A stretch of DNA of 64,000 nucleotides from an uncultured Actinomycetota bacterium (GCA_963712245.1 CAVQHE010000004.1:34602-98601); one strand, 5' to 3'; positions 49,777 through 58,850 are shown, numbered from the stretch's first letter. Made by a program: numbers and translations. The notes: generated from the letters alone by a model not told the origin.

Positions 49777-52608
49777 ATGGACAACGCAAGGGTCGGTCTC
49801 TGGACCGACCAATCCAGCGACGCTGAACTCATCGCCGGCGTGCGCGCCGGGGAGTCGGCGGCGTTTGGCGTGCTGTTCGAACGCCACGGCTCCGCAGCGC
49901 GGCGCGTCGCCGCCATGTACTCCGGCGTCCCGTCGGACGTCGACGACATCGTGTCCGAGGCCTTCGCCCGCGTCCTCAAGGCGCTGCAGCAGGGCGACGG
50001 TCCCGACATGGCGTTCCGCGCCTATCTCTTCACCGTCGTCCGACGCACCGGCCTCGACACGATCGCCAAGGGCAAGCGGACGCGCCTCGACGAGGACATG
50101 ACGACGCACGACAAGGCGATCGGCTACGAGAAGCCGAGCGACGAGCCGGCCCTCGACAGCTTCGAGCAGGGGGTCGTCGCCGACGCCTTCAAGTCGCTCC
50201 CCGAGCGGTGGCAGGTCGTGCTGTGGTACACGGAGATCGAGAAGAAGTCGCCGGGCGAGGTCGCCCCGCTTCTCGGGCCTGAGCCCGAACGGCGTCGCCG
50301 CGCTCGCCTATCGCGCGCGCGAGGCGCTCCGCCAGGCGTACCTCCAACAGCACCTCGCCACGACCGACAACCTCGACTGCCTCGCCGTGTCCGAACACCT
50401 CGCCGCATACGTCCGCGGCGGGCTGACCAAGCGAGAGCACACGAAGGTCGAGGGCCACGTCAAGCGTTGCGACCGCTGCGCCGCGCTCGTGAGCGAACTC
50501 GAGGACGTCAACCGCGGGCTCCGCGCGGTGATCGCCCCGCTCTTCCTCGGCTTGATCGGCGTCGGCGCGCTCGAGACCGAGCCTCCCGATCGGCGGGGTC
50601 GGCGCCGGCAACGTCGCGGACGCGGTGCCGCTGGCGGCCGGAGGGGCTGGCGGGGTTGCGGGCGGAGTGGCCGCGGGCGCGGGTGCGGGCACGGTCGCGG
50701 GACTGAGCGGCGTCTTCGCGCGTATCGCCTCGTTCGGACACGGCGGAACCGTGTCGAGCACGGCGAGCACGGGCTTCCTCGCGAACACCTTCGGATCCGG
50801 CTCCGGGATCCTCACGGGTTTCGCGGCGACCGTCGGCGTGGCGGCGCTAGCCGTCGCCTCCGCCGGTATTGTCGGCACGCTCGGCTTCCACGGCGGCGCT
50901 CCCGCGGCGGACGACCCGTCCGGCACGGTACAGCTCTTCATCGGGGCCGCCCCGCGCTCGACACCACCGATCTCCCCGTCTACGTCCCCGACCTCACGGG
51001 TGGGTCCGACGCCCCGGCGACGCCCCCGAGCCGCGGCTCGAGTTCGGCGAGCTCGACTCCGGTCGGCGACTGGGTTCAGGGCGGACGGGTTCGACGGGCG
51101 GTACGGGTTCGACGGGCGGTACGGGTTCGACGGGCGGTACGGGTTCGACGGGCGACACGGACGACGTCACCCTCGAGCTCTACGCGGGTGGACTCAGCTA
51201 CATCGAACTCGCGCGGACGTCGCCCTCGATCCCGATTCGCGTGTCGAACACGGGGGCGGACGACTCGCAGGCGGTCACCGTGGTCGTCGTCCCGCCCGCG
51301 GGCGTCACCTTCGTCGGCCCGTCCGGCGGCGGCGTCGGCGCCAACGCCGCGACGGCGGACCGCCTGGCGGCGTGGCTCGGATTCGCCTCGGGATCGATGG
51401 CCGTGGGCGATTGGCTGTGCGACATCTCCGACACCCAGGCGACCTGCGTCATCTCCAGCGTTCCCGCGGGCACCGTCGAGTCGCTCAACCTCGGAGTCTC
51501 GGTGACCGGAACGCTCTCGACGGGAGCCGTGACCCAATTCACCGTCACCGACACCACCGGTTACTCGACAAGCCGCTCCATCCGCACGGGCCTGGCGCCG
51601 GCCGAGCGCAACGGCGACCTCCTCTACGCGGGCGAGGGCAACCTCGGCACCGCCATCGCCGGCGGATACACGATGTCGTGCGACCAGACCGATCCCAAGT
51701 GCCAGAAGGCGATGGACTTCAACGGGAACGCCGTCAAGTCGGAGAACAACAACAACGAGTGGGACATGCAGGAGGTCAACAACGAGGGTGGGACGCGCAA
51801 CTCCGCCTCGACGACCCTCACCATCCCGACCGACGCCGAGGTCAAGGCCGGGTTCCTCGTGTGGTCCGCGAACCACGGCCCCTCCGAAGGATTCACCGAC
51901 GCCACGAACGTCGCCCGCGTGCGACCCCCGGGCGCCTCGTCGTACATCGAGGTCGCGGCGGATTCGGTCTCGACCTGGACCGATCCGGGCGGTCGGACGT
52001 ACTACCAGTCGCGCGCCGACCTCACGTCGCTCATCCAGCAGTACGGAGGCGGCTCATGGGCGGTCGCGGACATCGCGGTCTCCGACGGGCGCGCCGACCC
52101 CAACCCGTCGTACTACGCGGGATTCGCGCTCACGGCGGTGTACGACCAGGCGATCCTGCCCAAGAGCAGCGTCGCCGTATACAGCGGCGCCGATCCCGTG
52201 ACGAAGGACGACGAGGCCGACTACACGTTCGCGACCGACGGAGAGAGCGACGTCGACGTCTCGGTGATCGCGTGGGAGGGCGACAAGGGGATCGACGGCG
52301 ACACCCTGACGCTCGACGGCGAGAAGATGACGCCGGAGCACACCACGAGCGGCGGGGCGATTTCGACCGGCGACAAGGACAACGCCTTCGACTCGACGGC
52401 ATTCGGGTCCGGCGCCGCGAACTCCCTCGGGACGGACGCGAAGGACTTCAAGACGGAAACCGTCGACGCGGGCGACCACACGCTCGTGGCGGCGACCGAC
52501 AACGACAACTACGCCGTCGGCCTCGTCGTGGTCCAGACGACGCCCACGGACGACACGTCCTCCGCCGACGACACGTCCTCGGCCGACGGCGCGTCGAGCG
52601 ACGACTAG
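49777..52608 (+). CDS. ECF sigma factor fused to a zf-HC2 anti-sigma motif, TM segments and a large extracytoplasmic domain. It appears to be one long gene, with at least 4 frame breaks between 50275 and 51080.
   Basis: Sigma region 2 (DIVSEAFARVLKAL...YLFTVVRRTGLD) and region 4 (WQVVLWYTEIEKKSPGEVAPLL / SPNGVAALAYRAREALRQAYL) are present. These run without a stop into HVKRCDRC (50456-50479, HxxxCxxC). A TM segment AVIAPLFLGLIGVGAL follows, then a Gly/Ala-rich segment, a second hydrophobic stretch and about 520 aa of beta-rich domain ending at 52608. Confidence 0.55.
51085..51156 (+). repeat. 18-bp tandem repeat x4 (ACGGGTTCGACGGGCGGT) encoding a (GSTGGT)n linker
   Basis: There are three perfect copies and one 16/18 copy, read directly from the sequence. 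They are in frame within the sigma-fusion ORF (…TGSTGGTGSTGGTGSTGGTGSTGDT…). Confidence 0.9.
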
Positions 52609-52617
52609 CCGCCGGCG

Positions 52618-53610
52618 CTATCCGCTCTTCTTCGTCGCCTGCGCGTTGACCTCGTACGACGTGTTCGTCGCCTCGAAGAAGTTCACCAACTGAAGCGTGT
52701 CATTCGCCGTGGCCATCCATTTGGCCGGGTTCGACACGTTGTAGTGCGGCTCGAACCCGAGCTCCTCGAGGCGGCGGTCGGCGAGGTATTTCACGTACTG
52801 GTTCACGTAGTCGGCGTTGAGCCCCAGGATCCCCGAGGGCAGGAGGTCGCGGTTGTACTGCTCCTCCATCTCGACGGCACCGAGGATCATCTGGCGGATC
52901 TCCTCGGCGAACTCGGGGGTCTGCAGATCCTCGTTCTCCTCGAGCACGGTGAGGATGAGGTTGATGCCGAACTGGAGGTGGAGCGACTCGTCGCGGATCA
53001 CCCAGTCCATGAGGGAGCCGAAGTTCCGCAGCAGGTTCCGCTGGCGGAAGCTCAGGGCGACCATGAAGCCCGAGTAGAACCAGATGCCCTCGAGGATGAT
53101 GTTGTAGGCGATGAGGTTGCGAATGAAGTCCTTCTTGCCCTCCGTCGTGGAGATGTCGAGGGTCTCCTCCGTCATCCGCTTGATGAAGCGGACCTCGAAC
53201 TCCTCCTTCTTCGCCATCGACGGGACGGAGACGTGGGACTCGTAGGCGGACTCGCGATCGATCGGGAACGTCTCGAGGACGTATTCGAACGACATGCAGT
53301 GGTTCGCCTCCTCCCACATCTGCTTGGCGAGGTAGAGGTGGCATTCGGGCGCGTTGATGTACGGGTACACCCCGAAAGCGAGCGCCTTGTTGACGAGTAG
53401 CTCGTTGGGGTTGAAGTACGACATGAGGAAGGTGACGGCGTGCTTCTCCTCGTCCGTCATCTTCTTGAAGTCGCTTAGGTCCTCGCCCAACTGGATCTCG
53501 TTGGGGAACCACGTGTTCGCGACGGCCTGGTCGTACAGGTCCATCGCCCAGGGATACGTGATGGGCTTGAGGAGCAGTCCGTCCTTGATGCCCGTGCCGA
53601 GAATGGCCAT
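52618..53610 (-). CDS. nrdB: Ribonucleotide reductase small subunit with class Ic (R2c, Phe-for-Tyr) signatures
   Basis: In WEEANHCMSFEYVLETF, Phe occupies the radical-Tyr position (H+4). In FNPNELLVNKAL, Glu occupies the first metal-ligand position. ILEGIWFYSGF and IRDESLHLQFG are also present. The protein closely parallels my recollection of Chlamydia trachomatis R2c. Confidence 0.9.
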   Translation of the reverse strand: MAILGTGIKDGLLLKPITYPWAMDLYDQAVANTWFPNEIQLGEDLSDFKKMTDEEKHAVTFLMSYFNPNELLVNKALAFGVYPYINAPECHLYLAKQMWEEANHCMSFEYVLETFPIDRESAYESHVSVPSMAKKEEFEVRFIKRMTEETLDISTTEGKKDFIRNLIAYNIILEGIWFYSGFMVALSFRQRNLLRNFGSLMDWVIRDESLHLQFGINLILTVLEENEDLQTPEFAEEIRQMILGAVEMEEQYNRDLLPSGILGLNADYVNQYVKYLADRRLEELGFEPHYNVSNPAKWMATANDTLQLVNFFEATNTSYEVNAQATKKSG

Positions 53611-53638
53611 GCTGTTCTCCCTCGTCAGAATGTGGTCG

Positions 53639-56470
53639 TTACTGGCAGGACTCGCACTGCAGGCGCTCCATGGGGTCGACGGGGCACGCGACCCCGTCCA
53701 CCTCGTCGGTGTCTCCGTCGGGGCCCGCGTCCGCGGTCTGCTCGGTGATGGGAAGCTGCGTCCGGCCAGCAGCCGAGTACGCCTCCGCGAACGCGCTGGC
53801 GACCACCGTCGCAGGCCCGTCCTGCGGGGCCGACGGCGCGTCCGGGGCGGCGTCCGTCGCGGCGGCCCGAGCCGGTGGCGCCTCGGGCATCGGCTCGGCC
53901 GACACGACCTTGGGCGACGCGATATTGGAGGTCGGCTCGGCGGTGTCCGTCGAGCCGACCGGACCAGCCGAGGCGGCGGAAGACTTCGGCGTCAGGCCCC
54001 CGAAGCCCTTGCGGGCCGGCCGCGAGGCCGGGGAGGGCGACGAGGACTTCGCCGTTCCCGCCGAGCCCGTCGTGTTGATCCGCTCGGTCTTGTTGACGCG
54101 CACCGTCGACTGCTCGGCCGTGTGGCGCGGCTTCATGTGGAGGTAATACGTCGTCTTGACGCCGCGTTCCCACGCGGCGGAATACAGGTCCATCATCCCG
54201 TCGACGTCGCGCGACTCGAGGTAGATGTTCCGGCTGATCGCCTGGTCGATCCACTTCTGGGCGCGCGCCGCGACCTCGATGAACGCGTACGGCGAGAGCT
54301 GGAACGACGTCTTGTACACGTCCTGGAGGTGCTGCGGCACCTCGGGGATCTGGCCAAGGTCTCCCTGGACCTCGAGCAGGCGGTCGCGCACCTTCTCCCA
54401 CATGCCGATCTTCTGGAGGTCCTTCACCAGGTTCCGGTTGACCTCGAGGAACTTGCCGGACGAGGTGGCCCGGGAGAAGATCTGCGAGAACTGCGGATCG
54501 AAGCCCGGCGTCGTTCCCGCGACAAGCCCGATGGACGCGGTGGGGGCGACGGCCATGAGGGTCGCGTTGCGAATGCCGCCCTTCACCTTGTCGCGAAGCG
54601 CGTCCCAGTCCTGACGCGTGGTCCGGTTGACGGCGATCGGAACGCCGCGGTCGGCCTCCGTCGTCGCGATCGTGTCGAAAGGCACCAGACCCTTCGACCA
54701 ACCCGACCCCTCGAAGTTGCGGTAGGACCCGCGCTCGCGCGCGAGGTTCGCCGACTCGTCGATCGCGTGGTACGAGACGAACTCGATGATCTCGTCGATC
54801 AGGTCGTACGACTCCTCGGACTCGTACGCCAGCCCAAGCCGTTCGGCGATGTCGGTGAATCCCATGACGCCGAGCCCGATCGCGCGGTTCTCGCTGTTCG
54901 CGTGCTCCGACTCGGGGACCGACGAGAGCGTGATGTCCACCAGGTTGTCGAGCTGGCGCACCGCGAGGCGCGCCGACTCCGCCATGCGCGTCCAGTCGAT
55001 CTTCCCGTCCACGAGGTGCGTCGCGAGGTTGACGGACGCGAGGTTGCACACGGAGATGTTGTCGCGGTCCTGCGGCAGGCAGATCTCCGTGCAGAGGTTC
55101 GACAGGTGGATCGTGCCGGTGTTCGTGTTGAGGGCGCGGTTGTTGATCGTGTCCTTCCAGGTGAGCCACGGGTGCGACGTGGACTGGAGCATCACGAGGA
55201 TCGCCTTGTACTGCTCGCGCGCGCGCATCTTGCGGAACGTCCGCAGCTTGCCCGACTCGGCGAGTGCGACGTACTCCGCGTAGCGGGCGGAGAAGGCCGA
55301 GCCGGTGAGCTCGACGAGGTCCGGGGTCTCCGCGGGGTCGAAGAGGTACCAGTCCTGGTCGTCGCGGACGCGCTTCATGAACTCGTCGGAGATCCAGACC
55401 GCCGTGTTCGCGGTGCGGGTCCGGCGGTACGGGTCGCCGGAGTTCTGGCGCAGGTCGAGGAACTGCGTGAAGTCGAGGTGCCAGTTCTCCATGTAGAAGC
55501 ACAGCGCGCCGAACTTCTTGCCGCCGCGGCTGACGGCGCGCAGCGTCGAGTCGATGGTGTGCATGAACGGGATGGGGCCGGTGGACGTCGTGTTGTTCGA
55601 CCGGATCGGCGAACCCTCCGCCCGCAGTTTGGTGACGCTGAGGCCGATGCCGCCCGTGCCCTTCGTCAGCCACATCACGTCGCCGACCGTCTTGGCGATG
55701 TGGTCCATGTCGTCTTCCATCTGCATGACGAAGCAGTTGCTCAGTTGCGGGTACGACGTCCCGGCGTTCACGAGCGTCGAGCCGGCGGGGAGGTAGTCGA
55801 GCTTGGAGATCTTGTCGTAGAACTTGATCGCCACCTCGGTCGGGTTCTTCTCGTTGAGCGACAGCCCCATCGCGACGCGCATCCAGAAGTACTGCGGGAC
55901 CTCGAGCGGCTTGCCGTTGCGCCCGGTGATCATGTAGCGGTTGCGCATGGTGACGGTGCCGATGTACTTGAGGAGGTCGTCGCGCGTGTGGTCGATGGCC
56001 GCGGCGAGCGCGTCGAGGTCGAAAAGGGATTCGAGGCGCGCGTCGAGCAGCCCCTCCTCGACGGCGTCGCGAATGTAGCCCGGGAAACGCGCCTGGTGCA
56101 GAAGCGCGAGCTCGAGGTCGGACTCGTAGTTGCCGAGCACGCGCTTGGCGATCACCTTGCGGAGAAGGCGCGCGGCGATCACGTCGAAGTCGGGGTCTTC
56201 CTTGACGTTCTGGATGGCGACGCCGATCGCGGCCTCGTCGAGCTGCTCGGTCGTGATGCCGTCGAAGAGCGTGATGGCGAGCTCGGACGCGACCTGCGTG
56301 ACCTTGGAGATCTTGTCGTCGAGGCCCTCCGCGGCGCGTTCGATCGCGCGGTTGATGCGGTCGGCGTTGTACGGCTCGCGCGAGCCGTCGCGCTTGGTTA
56401 CCTGGATACCGGTGTACGCCGGGACGACCTCGCTGGCGTCGGGCTGATGGGTCGGCTCAGTAATGGTCAC
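53639..56470 (-). CDS. nrdA: Ribonucleotide reductase large subunit (class I) with an ATP-cone and a long low-complexity C-terminal linker
   Basis: The ATP-cone is VTKRDGSREPYNADRINRAIERA and the active site is LSNLCTEI. About 150 aa of Ala/Pro/Ser-rich sequence separate the core from the terminal CPVDPMERLQCESCQ redox tail. The 943-aa frame is intact. Confidence 0.95.
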   Translation of the reverse strand: MTITEPTHQPDASEVVPAYTGIQVTKRDGSREPYNADRINRAIERAAEGLDDKISKVTQVASELAITLFDGITTEQLDEAAIGVAIQNVKEDPDFDVIAARLLRKVIAKRVLGNYESDLELALLHQARFPGYIRDAVEEGLLDARLESLFDLDALAAAIDHTRDDLLKYIGTVTMRNRYMITGRNGKPLEVPQYFWMRVAMGLSLNEKNPTEVAIKFYDKISKLDYLPAGSTLVNAGTSYPQLSNCFVMQMEDDMDHIAKTVGDVMWLTKGTGGIGLSVTKLRAEGSPIRSNNTTSTGPIPFMHTIDSTLRAVSRGGKKFGALCFYMENWHLDFTQFLDLRQNSGDPYRRTRTANTAVWISDEFMKRVRDDQDWYLFDPAETPDLVELTGSAFSARYAEYVALAESGKLRTFRKMRAREQYKAILVMLQSTSHPWLTWKDTINNRALNTNTGTIHLSNLCTEICLPQDRDNISVCNLASVNLATHLVDGKIDWTRMAESARLAVRQLDNLVDITLSSVPESEHANSENRAIGLGVMGFTDIAERLGLAYESEESYDLIDEIIEFVSYHAIDESANLARERGSYRNFEGSGWSKGLVPFDTIATTEADRGVPIAVNRTTRQDWDALRDKVKGGIRNATLMAVAPTASIGLVAGTTPGFDPQFSQIFSRATSSGKFLEVNRNLVKDLQKIGMWEKVRDRLLEVQGDLGQIPEVPQHLQDVYKTSFQLSPYAFIEVAARAQKWIDQAISRNIYLESRDVDGMMDLYSAAWERGVKTTYYLHMKPRHTAEQSTVRVNKTERINTTGSAGTAKSSSPSPASRPARKGFGGLTPKSSAASAGPVGSTDTAEPTSNIASPKVVSAEPMPEAPPARAAATDAAPDAPSAPQDGPATVVASAFAEAYSAAGRTQLPITEQTADAGPDGDTDEVDGVACPVDPMERLQCESCQ

Positions 56471-56576
56471 TTCTCTCCCCTGTTCCTTCGATCATGCCGT
56501 CGTCTACGCGATGCCTACGCGGCGCTGCGGGCCTTCCGACGGGCGTCCTCCGACGGTACACACAGGCCCGCTAGAA

Positions 56577-56624
56577 ACACAAGATGTTGCGGCGTGTCGC
56601 CCAATCGACCACTACATCTTGCGA
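56577..56624. promoter_or_regulatory. Two NrdR-box-like sites upstream of nrdA
   Basis: ACACAAGATGTTGCGG (56577-56592) and CCACTACATCTTGCGA (56609-56624) are mutually inverted, with centres 32 bp apart. Both resemble the NrdR consensus acaCwAtATaTwGtgt. Confidence 0.55.
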
Positions 56625-56628
56625 TTGC

Positions 56629-56660
56629 GGTGGACAATCCTGTGGATCTTCTGTGGATAA
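56629..56660. promoter_or_regulatory. Three phased DnaA-box-like sites in the tadA/nrdA divergent region
   Basis: GGTGGACAA (56629-56637; complement TTGTCCACC), TGTGGATCT (56641-56649) and TGTGGATAA (56652-56660; complement TTATCCACA, a perfect match) share one orientation with 11-12 bp spacing. Confidence 0.45.
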
Positions 56661-56737
56661 CAACCCCGCGCTGGGGACGATTCCATCCTCTCGTCCGGGT
56701 CCGACACCGAAACGTCGCCCCGCACTAACCTGGGCGC

Positions 56738-57196
56738 ATGGCACGCGCGTATGAGACTGCGATGCGAGAGGCGCTTCTCGAGGCGCGCCTGGCGATCGTC
56801 GACGGGGACGTGCCCGTCGGAGCCGTTGTTCTCGACCCCGACGGCACCGTCGTCGGCCGCGGACACAATCGCCGGGAGGCCGCACACGACCCCACCGCGC
56901 ACGCCGAGATGCTCGCCCTGCGCGAGGCGGCCGCGCGTCAGGGAACGTGGCGTCTCGACGGCCACACGCTCGTCGTCACGCTCGAGCCCTGCGCCATGTG
57001 CGCTGGCGCCGTGATCCAATCGCGCGTCGCGCGGCTCGTCTTCGGCGCGTGGGACGCCAAAGCGGGCGCCGCCGGATCCCAGTGGGACCTCGTCCGCGAC
57101 GCCCGCGGAACGTCGCCCGTCGAGGTGTTCGGGGGCGTTCTCGAGGCCGAGTGCGCGGCGCCGCTGACCGCGTTCTTCGAGGGGCGGCGCGACTAG
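56738..57196 (+). CDS. tadA: tRNA adenosine(34) deaminase
   Basis: The CDA zinc motifs HAEMLALREA and LEPCAMCAGA are present in a 152-aa protein. Confidence 0.9.
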   Translation: MARAYETAMREALLEARLAIVDGDVPVGAVVLDPDGTVVGRGHNRREAAHDPTAHAEMLALREAAARQGTWRLDGHTLVVTLEPCAMCAGAVIQSRVARLVFGAWDAKAGAAGSQWDLVRDARGTSPVEVFGGVLEAECAAPLTAFFEGRRD

Positions 57197-57247
57197 CGCC
57201 CGAGGCGGCGTTTGTGGGGCCCGCACGGGGGCTGTATTCTCGACCGC

Positions 57248-57337
57248 GGTGACGTGTCCGAGCGGCCTAAGGAGCACGCCTCGAAAGCGTGTGTGGGGGC
57301 AACTCCACCGTGGGTTCAAATCCCACCGTCACCGCCA
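57248..57337 (+). tRNA. tRNA-Ser (anticodon CGA), CCA encoded
   Basis: The acceptor stem GGTGACG/CGTCACC, anticodon loop CT-CGA-AA, long variable arm and T-arm GTGGGTTCAAATCCCAC are all present. Confidence 0.9.
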
Positions 57338-57394
57338 GGCGGGCCCGGAGCGTCGAAAGCGCTTCGGGCCGTCGGCGTCTTCGGCCCAGAACCG

Positions 57395-57820
57395 CTACAC
57401 CGCGATGGCGCCGGCGATCATCGAGGCGAAGAACGCGGCGAGCACCGTAGCCGCGACGATGAGCGAATACCCGATGATGAGCGCGGCCTTCGCGAGCCCC
57501 GCTCCCGACTCCCCCGTCCTGCGTATCACCGCCAGGGCGTGGTGCCCGACGATCACGGCGGCGATGTCGACGATCGGCGTGAACACGAGCCCGAGCAGCG
57601 AGAGGACGAACGCGATCACCGCCGACGTATTCGTCACGGAGGGGGCCGGCGGCGCGCCGTACTGCGGCGTGGCGAGAGGATTCGGCGGAGTCGCTTGGGC
57701 GGGGGGCGCGGCCGGCTCCGGCGGAGGCGAGGTGTACCCCGCCTGCGGCGAGTATCCCGGGGGAGGGCCGTACTCGGGGGGCGGCCCGGCCGGCGGATCG
57801 GACGAAGGTGGGTACGTCAT
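57395..57820 (-). CDS. DUF4190 domain membrane protein with a Pro-rich N-terminus
   Basis: The Pro/Gly/Tyr-rich N-terminus is followed by two TM helices (AVIAFVLSLLGLVF and ALIIGYSLIVAATVLAAFFA). Confidence 0.75.
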   Translation of the reverse strand: MTYPPSSDPPAGPPPEYGPPPGYSPQAGYTSPPPEPAAPPAQATPPNPLATPQYGAPPAPSVTNTSAVIAFVLSLLGLVFTPIVDIAAVIVGHHALAVIRRTGESGAGLAKAALIIGYSLIVAATVLAAFFASMIAGAIAV

Positions 57821-57827
57821 CTCTCGC

Positions 57828-58520
57828 CTATTCGTCGCTCGCCGACGGCGAGGCCGACGGCGAGGGCGACGCGAACGGGTTGTCCGGGAGCGTGCGGGGG
57901 GCCGGCTCCGGCTGGATCAGTCGCGCGTTGAGGCATTGCGCCCGGGCGGACAGCGGCAGGTCTGGGGCGAGGGACGAGTCGAGCAACGGGACGAGCTCGT
58001 TCTCGTACGCGTCGCCCATGACGATGTCGACCGTCGGGCCCTTGCGATTGTCGAGGACGAGCTCGTAGTCGGGGAAGTTCCGCGCGACCGTATACGCCTG
58101 CTGCACGCCGTCGACGCCGAACATGATGCGCGCCACACCGTCGTACGACCGCGACCAGTTCGTCGCGCCCAAGCCGTAGTAGCCGCGGCCCTCGAGGTCG
58201 CTCAGGACGGTTCCCGCGAGCCCGGAACGCTTCGTCCCGTTCATCACGCGAACCGCGACGTCGCCCGCGTCCATGGGTTTCGAATCCGAGGGGGGGCAGG
58301 GGAGCGTGATGTCGCTGTTGAAGTCGCCGGCGACCGTGACGAACGGCCGATGGAACGGGCCCTCGATCGTCCCGGTGTACACGGAGTACGCCCCGAAGGC
58401 GACCGTGCCGACGGCGATGACGAGGATGCCGAAGAACAGCATCTGCCGCTCGCGGCGACGCCGTCGAAGGACCTCGCGGCGCGTCCGGAACTTGCTCGTC
58501 GAACTAGTCGGATTGTCCAC
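57828..58520 (-). CDS. LytR_C (LytR cell-envelope-related C-terminal) domain protein with an N-terminal TM anchor
   Basis: The TM anchor is MLFFGILVIAVGTVAFGAYSV, followed by VRVMNGTKRSGLAGTVLSDLEGRGY, typical of LytR_C. Confidence 0.75.
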   Translation of the reverse strand: MDNPTSSTSKFRTRREVLRRRRRERQMLFFGILVIAVGTVAFGAYSVYTGTIEGPFHRPFVTVAGDFNSDITLPCPPSDSKPMDAGDVAVRVMNGTKRSGLAGTVLSDLEGRGYYGLGATNWSRSYDGVARIMFGVDGVQQAYTVARNFPDYELVLDNRKGPTVDIVMGDAYENELVPLLDSSLAPDLPLSARAQCLNARLIQPEPAPRTLPDNPFASPSPSASPSASDE

Positions 58521-58548
58521 GACACCACCCTAATCGAGACGGTCCCCT

Positions 58549-58636
58549 TGGCGGAGGATGGGGGATTCGAACCCCCGAGGGCTTGCACCCAACACGCTTT
58601 CCAAGCGTGCGCCATAGGCCACTAGGCGAATCCTCC
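58549..58636 (-). tRNA. tRNA-Ser (anticodon GGA), CCA encoded
   Basis: The reverse complement reads GGAGGATTCGCCTAGTGG...ACGC-TT-GGA-AA-GCGT...GGGGGTTCGAATCCCCCATCCTCCGCCA, with a long variable arm. Confidence 0.9.
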
Positions 58637-58720
58637 AGGGGCACCGATGCTACCGGAGCAACGTCGGGGATACGACCGCGGTTCCACCGGCGCCCGCGCG
58701 CGCCTCCCACAGTAGACTGG

Positions 58721-58816
58721 GAAGGACCCCTCACGCGGCGTCACCTCGCGGAACTCCCCCAGGGCAGAAATGCAGCAAGGGTACGCGGGCTCTGGCGGGT
58801 GCGTGGGGGGTCCTTC
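58721..58816 (+). ncRNA. ffs: Small (4.5S-type) signal recognition particle RNA
   Basis: It forms a long hairpin in which GAAGGACCCC pairs with GGGGUCCUUC. The apical domain IV motif is CCCAGG-GCA-GAAA-UGC-AGCAAGGG (GNRA tetraloop flanked by AGG/AGCA loops). It sits in the usual position upstream of dnaX. Confidence 0.8.
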
Positions 58817-58850
58817 GCGTCTCGGGGCGACCTGCCCTAGAGTCAATCGT

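Noticed and set aside
51085-51156. Tandem repeat considered as a possible CRISPR array or minisatellite island.
   Set aside because: The units are directly adjacent with no spacers, in frame within a coding region, and only 18 bp long. No cas genes are nearby. I report it as an intragenic VNTR instead.
57248-58636. Two tRNA-Ser genes bracket two small membrane-protein genes, which I considered as a possible integrated element.
   Set aside because: I saw no integrase, excisionase or transposase and no direct repeat of a tRNA 3' end. The bracketed genes (DUF4190 and LytR_C) are ordinary actinobacterial envelope proteins with host-like composition by eye.
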